Source of the DNA: Octopus sinensis
Lineage: Eukaryota
Assembly: GCF_006345805.1 (NCBI RefSeq)
Contig: NW_021832120.1
Location: forward strand, 186,001 to 250,000
Direction: 5' to 3'
Length of the DNA: 64,000 nucleotides
How positions within the stretch are numbered: the first letter of the stretch is position 1; every line of letters starts with the position of its first letter. Position numbers and translations under genes: made by a program. The notes under the pieces are model-generated. The model saw only the letters and a list, made by a program, of their open reading frames with translations. It was not told the origin of the DNA and searched no databases. Positions 62,701 through 64,000 of the stretch are shown piece by piece.

Positions 62701-63433
62701 AACCTATTAAATTGAGTATCTTCAAAGGAGATATAGTCTGATATGATATACTAAGTTAAATAGGTTGAGATATTGGTAGGAAGATACAAAAGTAAGCATG
62801 GAACAGTGACAACTAGCCGACAATATAGAATAAAACAGTTCAGGAAGTGGAAAACCCAGTTCGTTTAATCGACTGTCTCTAATTAAGTAGTTTAAATACC
62901 AGTGGATACGACAGTTAAGAAAGATACTAAAGTTAATAATAATAAACCTTACATTCTTTTTTACAATTAGGTTTGGAACATCATGCTCATCGAAGTTGGA
63001 ATTACTTCTTAACATGTAGAAGTCAAATAATTACTCTGATTCCTTGTTATGAAAATTAAAGTTAATCCACAATAAAAAAGTTCTCACCTAAGATGGAATA
63101 GTATCCAAATTTTACATTTTCCACCAAAACTCCCTAAAAGTGGAATATAAGAATTGTGCCTATATGGTCCGACTGTATGATAAGTACTATTTTCTTAAAT
63201 TAGTACAATTTAAAATACAAAATAACAGCTGTGACAGTAAAAAACCAATTAAGCTGAGATTTATCAATGCCACCTCAAAATAACACATACCACCTGCAGG
63301 AATAGAAACCAAAAATCAAGACAAATCAGTCCGAACCGACAAGAAAACATACCAATAGATCTTTACACATGAAAAAAGAAAATTACAAAAAAGAATAAAA
63401 AACCAATCGCTAAAAAGGGAAACAACTCAAGAA

Positions 63434-64000
63434 TCAACTCCTAGACCTTCTAGAATTACGAGAAGAAGACCTCAAGGAACGGCTAACCATAACCCAGGAC
63501 CACCAACCTAGAGGAATAACTTCTCCTCCTCTTCTTATAGTGTGAATCAGAACTAGATCTACTATCACGTCTCCTCCTCTTATGGTGAGAGACAGAACTA
63601 GATCTGCTATCACGTCTTCTCCTTCTATGGTACGACCCTGAACTTGATCTACTGTCCCGTCTCCTCCTTCTATAAGCTGGAGATCTCCCTCTCGGGGACC
63701 TCCCTCTGGATCTTCCATAGGGGGCTGATCGAGTACAATCATAGGAGTAATGTCCAGTCTCATTACATCGATAACAACGATCGTCTGGGTTAAATGGACG
63801 TCTTCCGTTATTGGACCTGTTTGAGGACCCTTTTGAATGTTCCACACGCACACGATTGCCACAAATTACACTTTTTCTGAAAAAATGACTACTTACGAGC
63901 CGTCGAGTTTTCGGACTGCATCATCTGCGTCTCGGGAGTCCTCAAATTCGACAAAGGCAAAGCCTGGTGGGTTTCGAGCCACCCAGACGTTCTTTACTTT
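63434..64000 (-). CDS. SRSF7: SRSF7 (9G8)-like SR splicing factor: RRM + CCHC knuckle + RS domain; 5' end outside the window
   Basis: [31 protein letters not shown]|[35 protein letters not shown] and an RS tail; introns 63871-63896 (26 nt) and 63483-63507 (25 nt); TGA at 63434-63436. Confidence 0.92.

Noticed and set aside
62722-63015. 97-aa ORF as a gene
   Set aside because: No recognisable domain and no consistent splice model; left unannotated.
1-64000. Ciliate origin suggested by tiny introns and high AT
   Set aside because: TAA serves as the stop codon in the reconstructed cathepsin and lectin genes and their frames stay open under the standard code.

Overview
AT-rich eukaryotic nuclear DNA using the standard code, with ultra-short spliceosomal introns (about 22-35 nt). 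SRSF7-, MFSD12-, CD2BP2- and cathepsin-L-like genes look animal-like; a reduced metazoan such as a dicyemid is an inference from intron size only. Host genes reconstructed by hand across micro-introns: a cathepsin L-like protease, three dispersed copies of a 19-exon type I membrane protein with four C-type-lectin-like domains (copy 1 frameshifted), a REXO4/ISG20-like protein lacking all catalytic residues, an MFSD12-like transporter, a TMEM70/186-like ORF and an SRSF7-like splicing factor cut by the window end. Much of the rest is nested, mostly decayed transposons: about 11 CRE-like RLE retrotransposon pieces (two with a PHD finger), APE-RT LINEs (one with a 2A/StopGo motif), RTE- and R4-like RT remnants, Tc1, Tigger/pogo, hAT, Merlin, two Ginger-like integrase transposons and a Helitron carrying a 95-bp satellite. 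The strongest signal is the lectin family: its outermost domain is hypervariable in discrete aromatic-rich patches while neighbouring micro-introns and the membrane-proximal domains are nearly identical between copies. No rRNA, tRNA or CRISPR array was seen. Family assignments come from motif recognition, not database searches, and boundaries of decayed elements are approximate.
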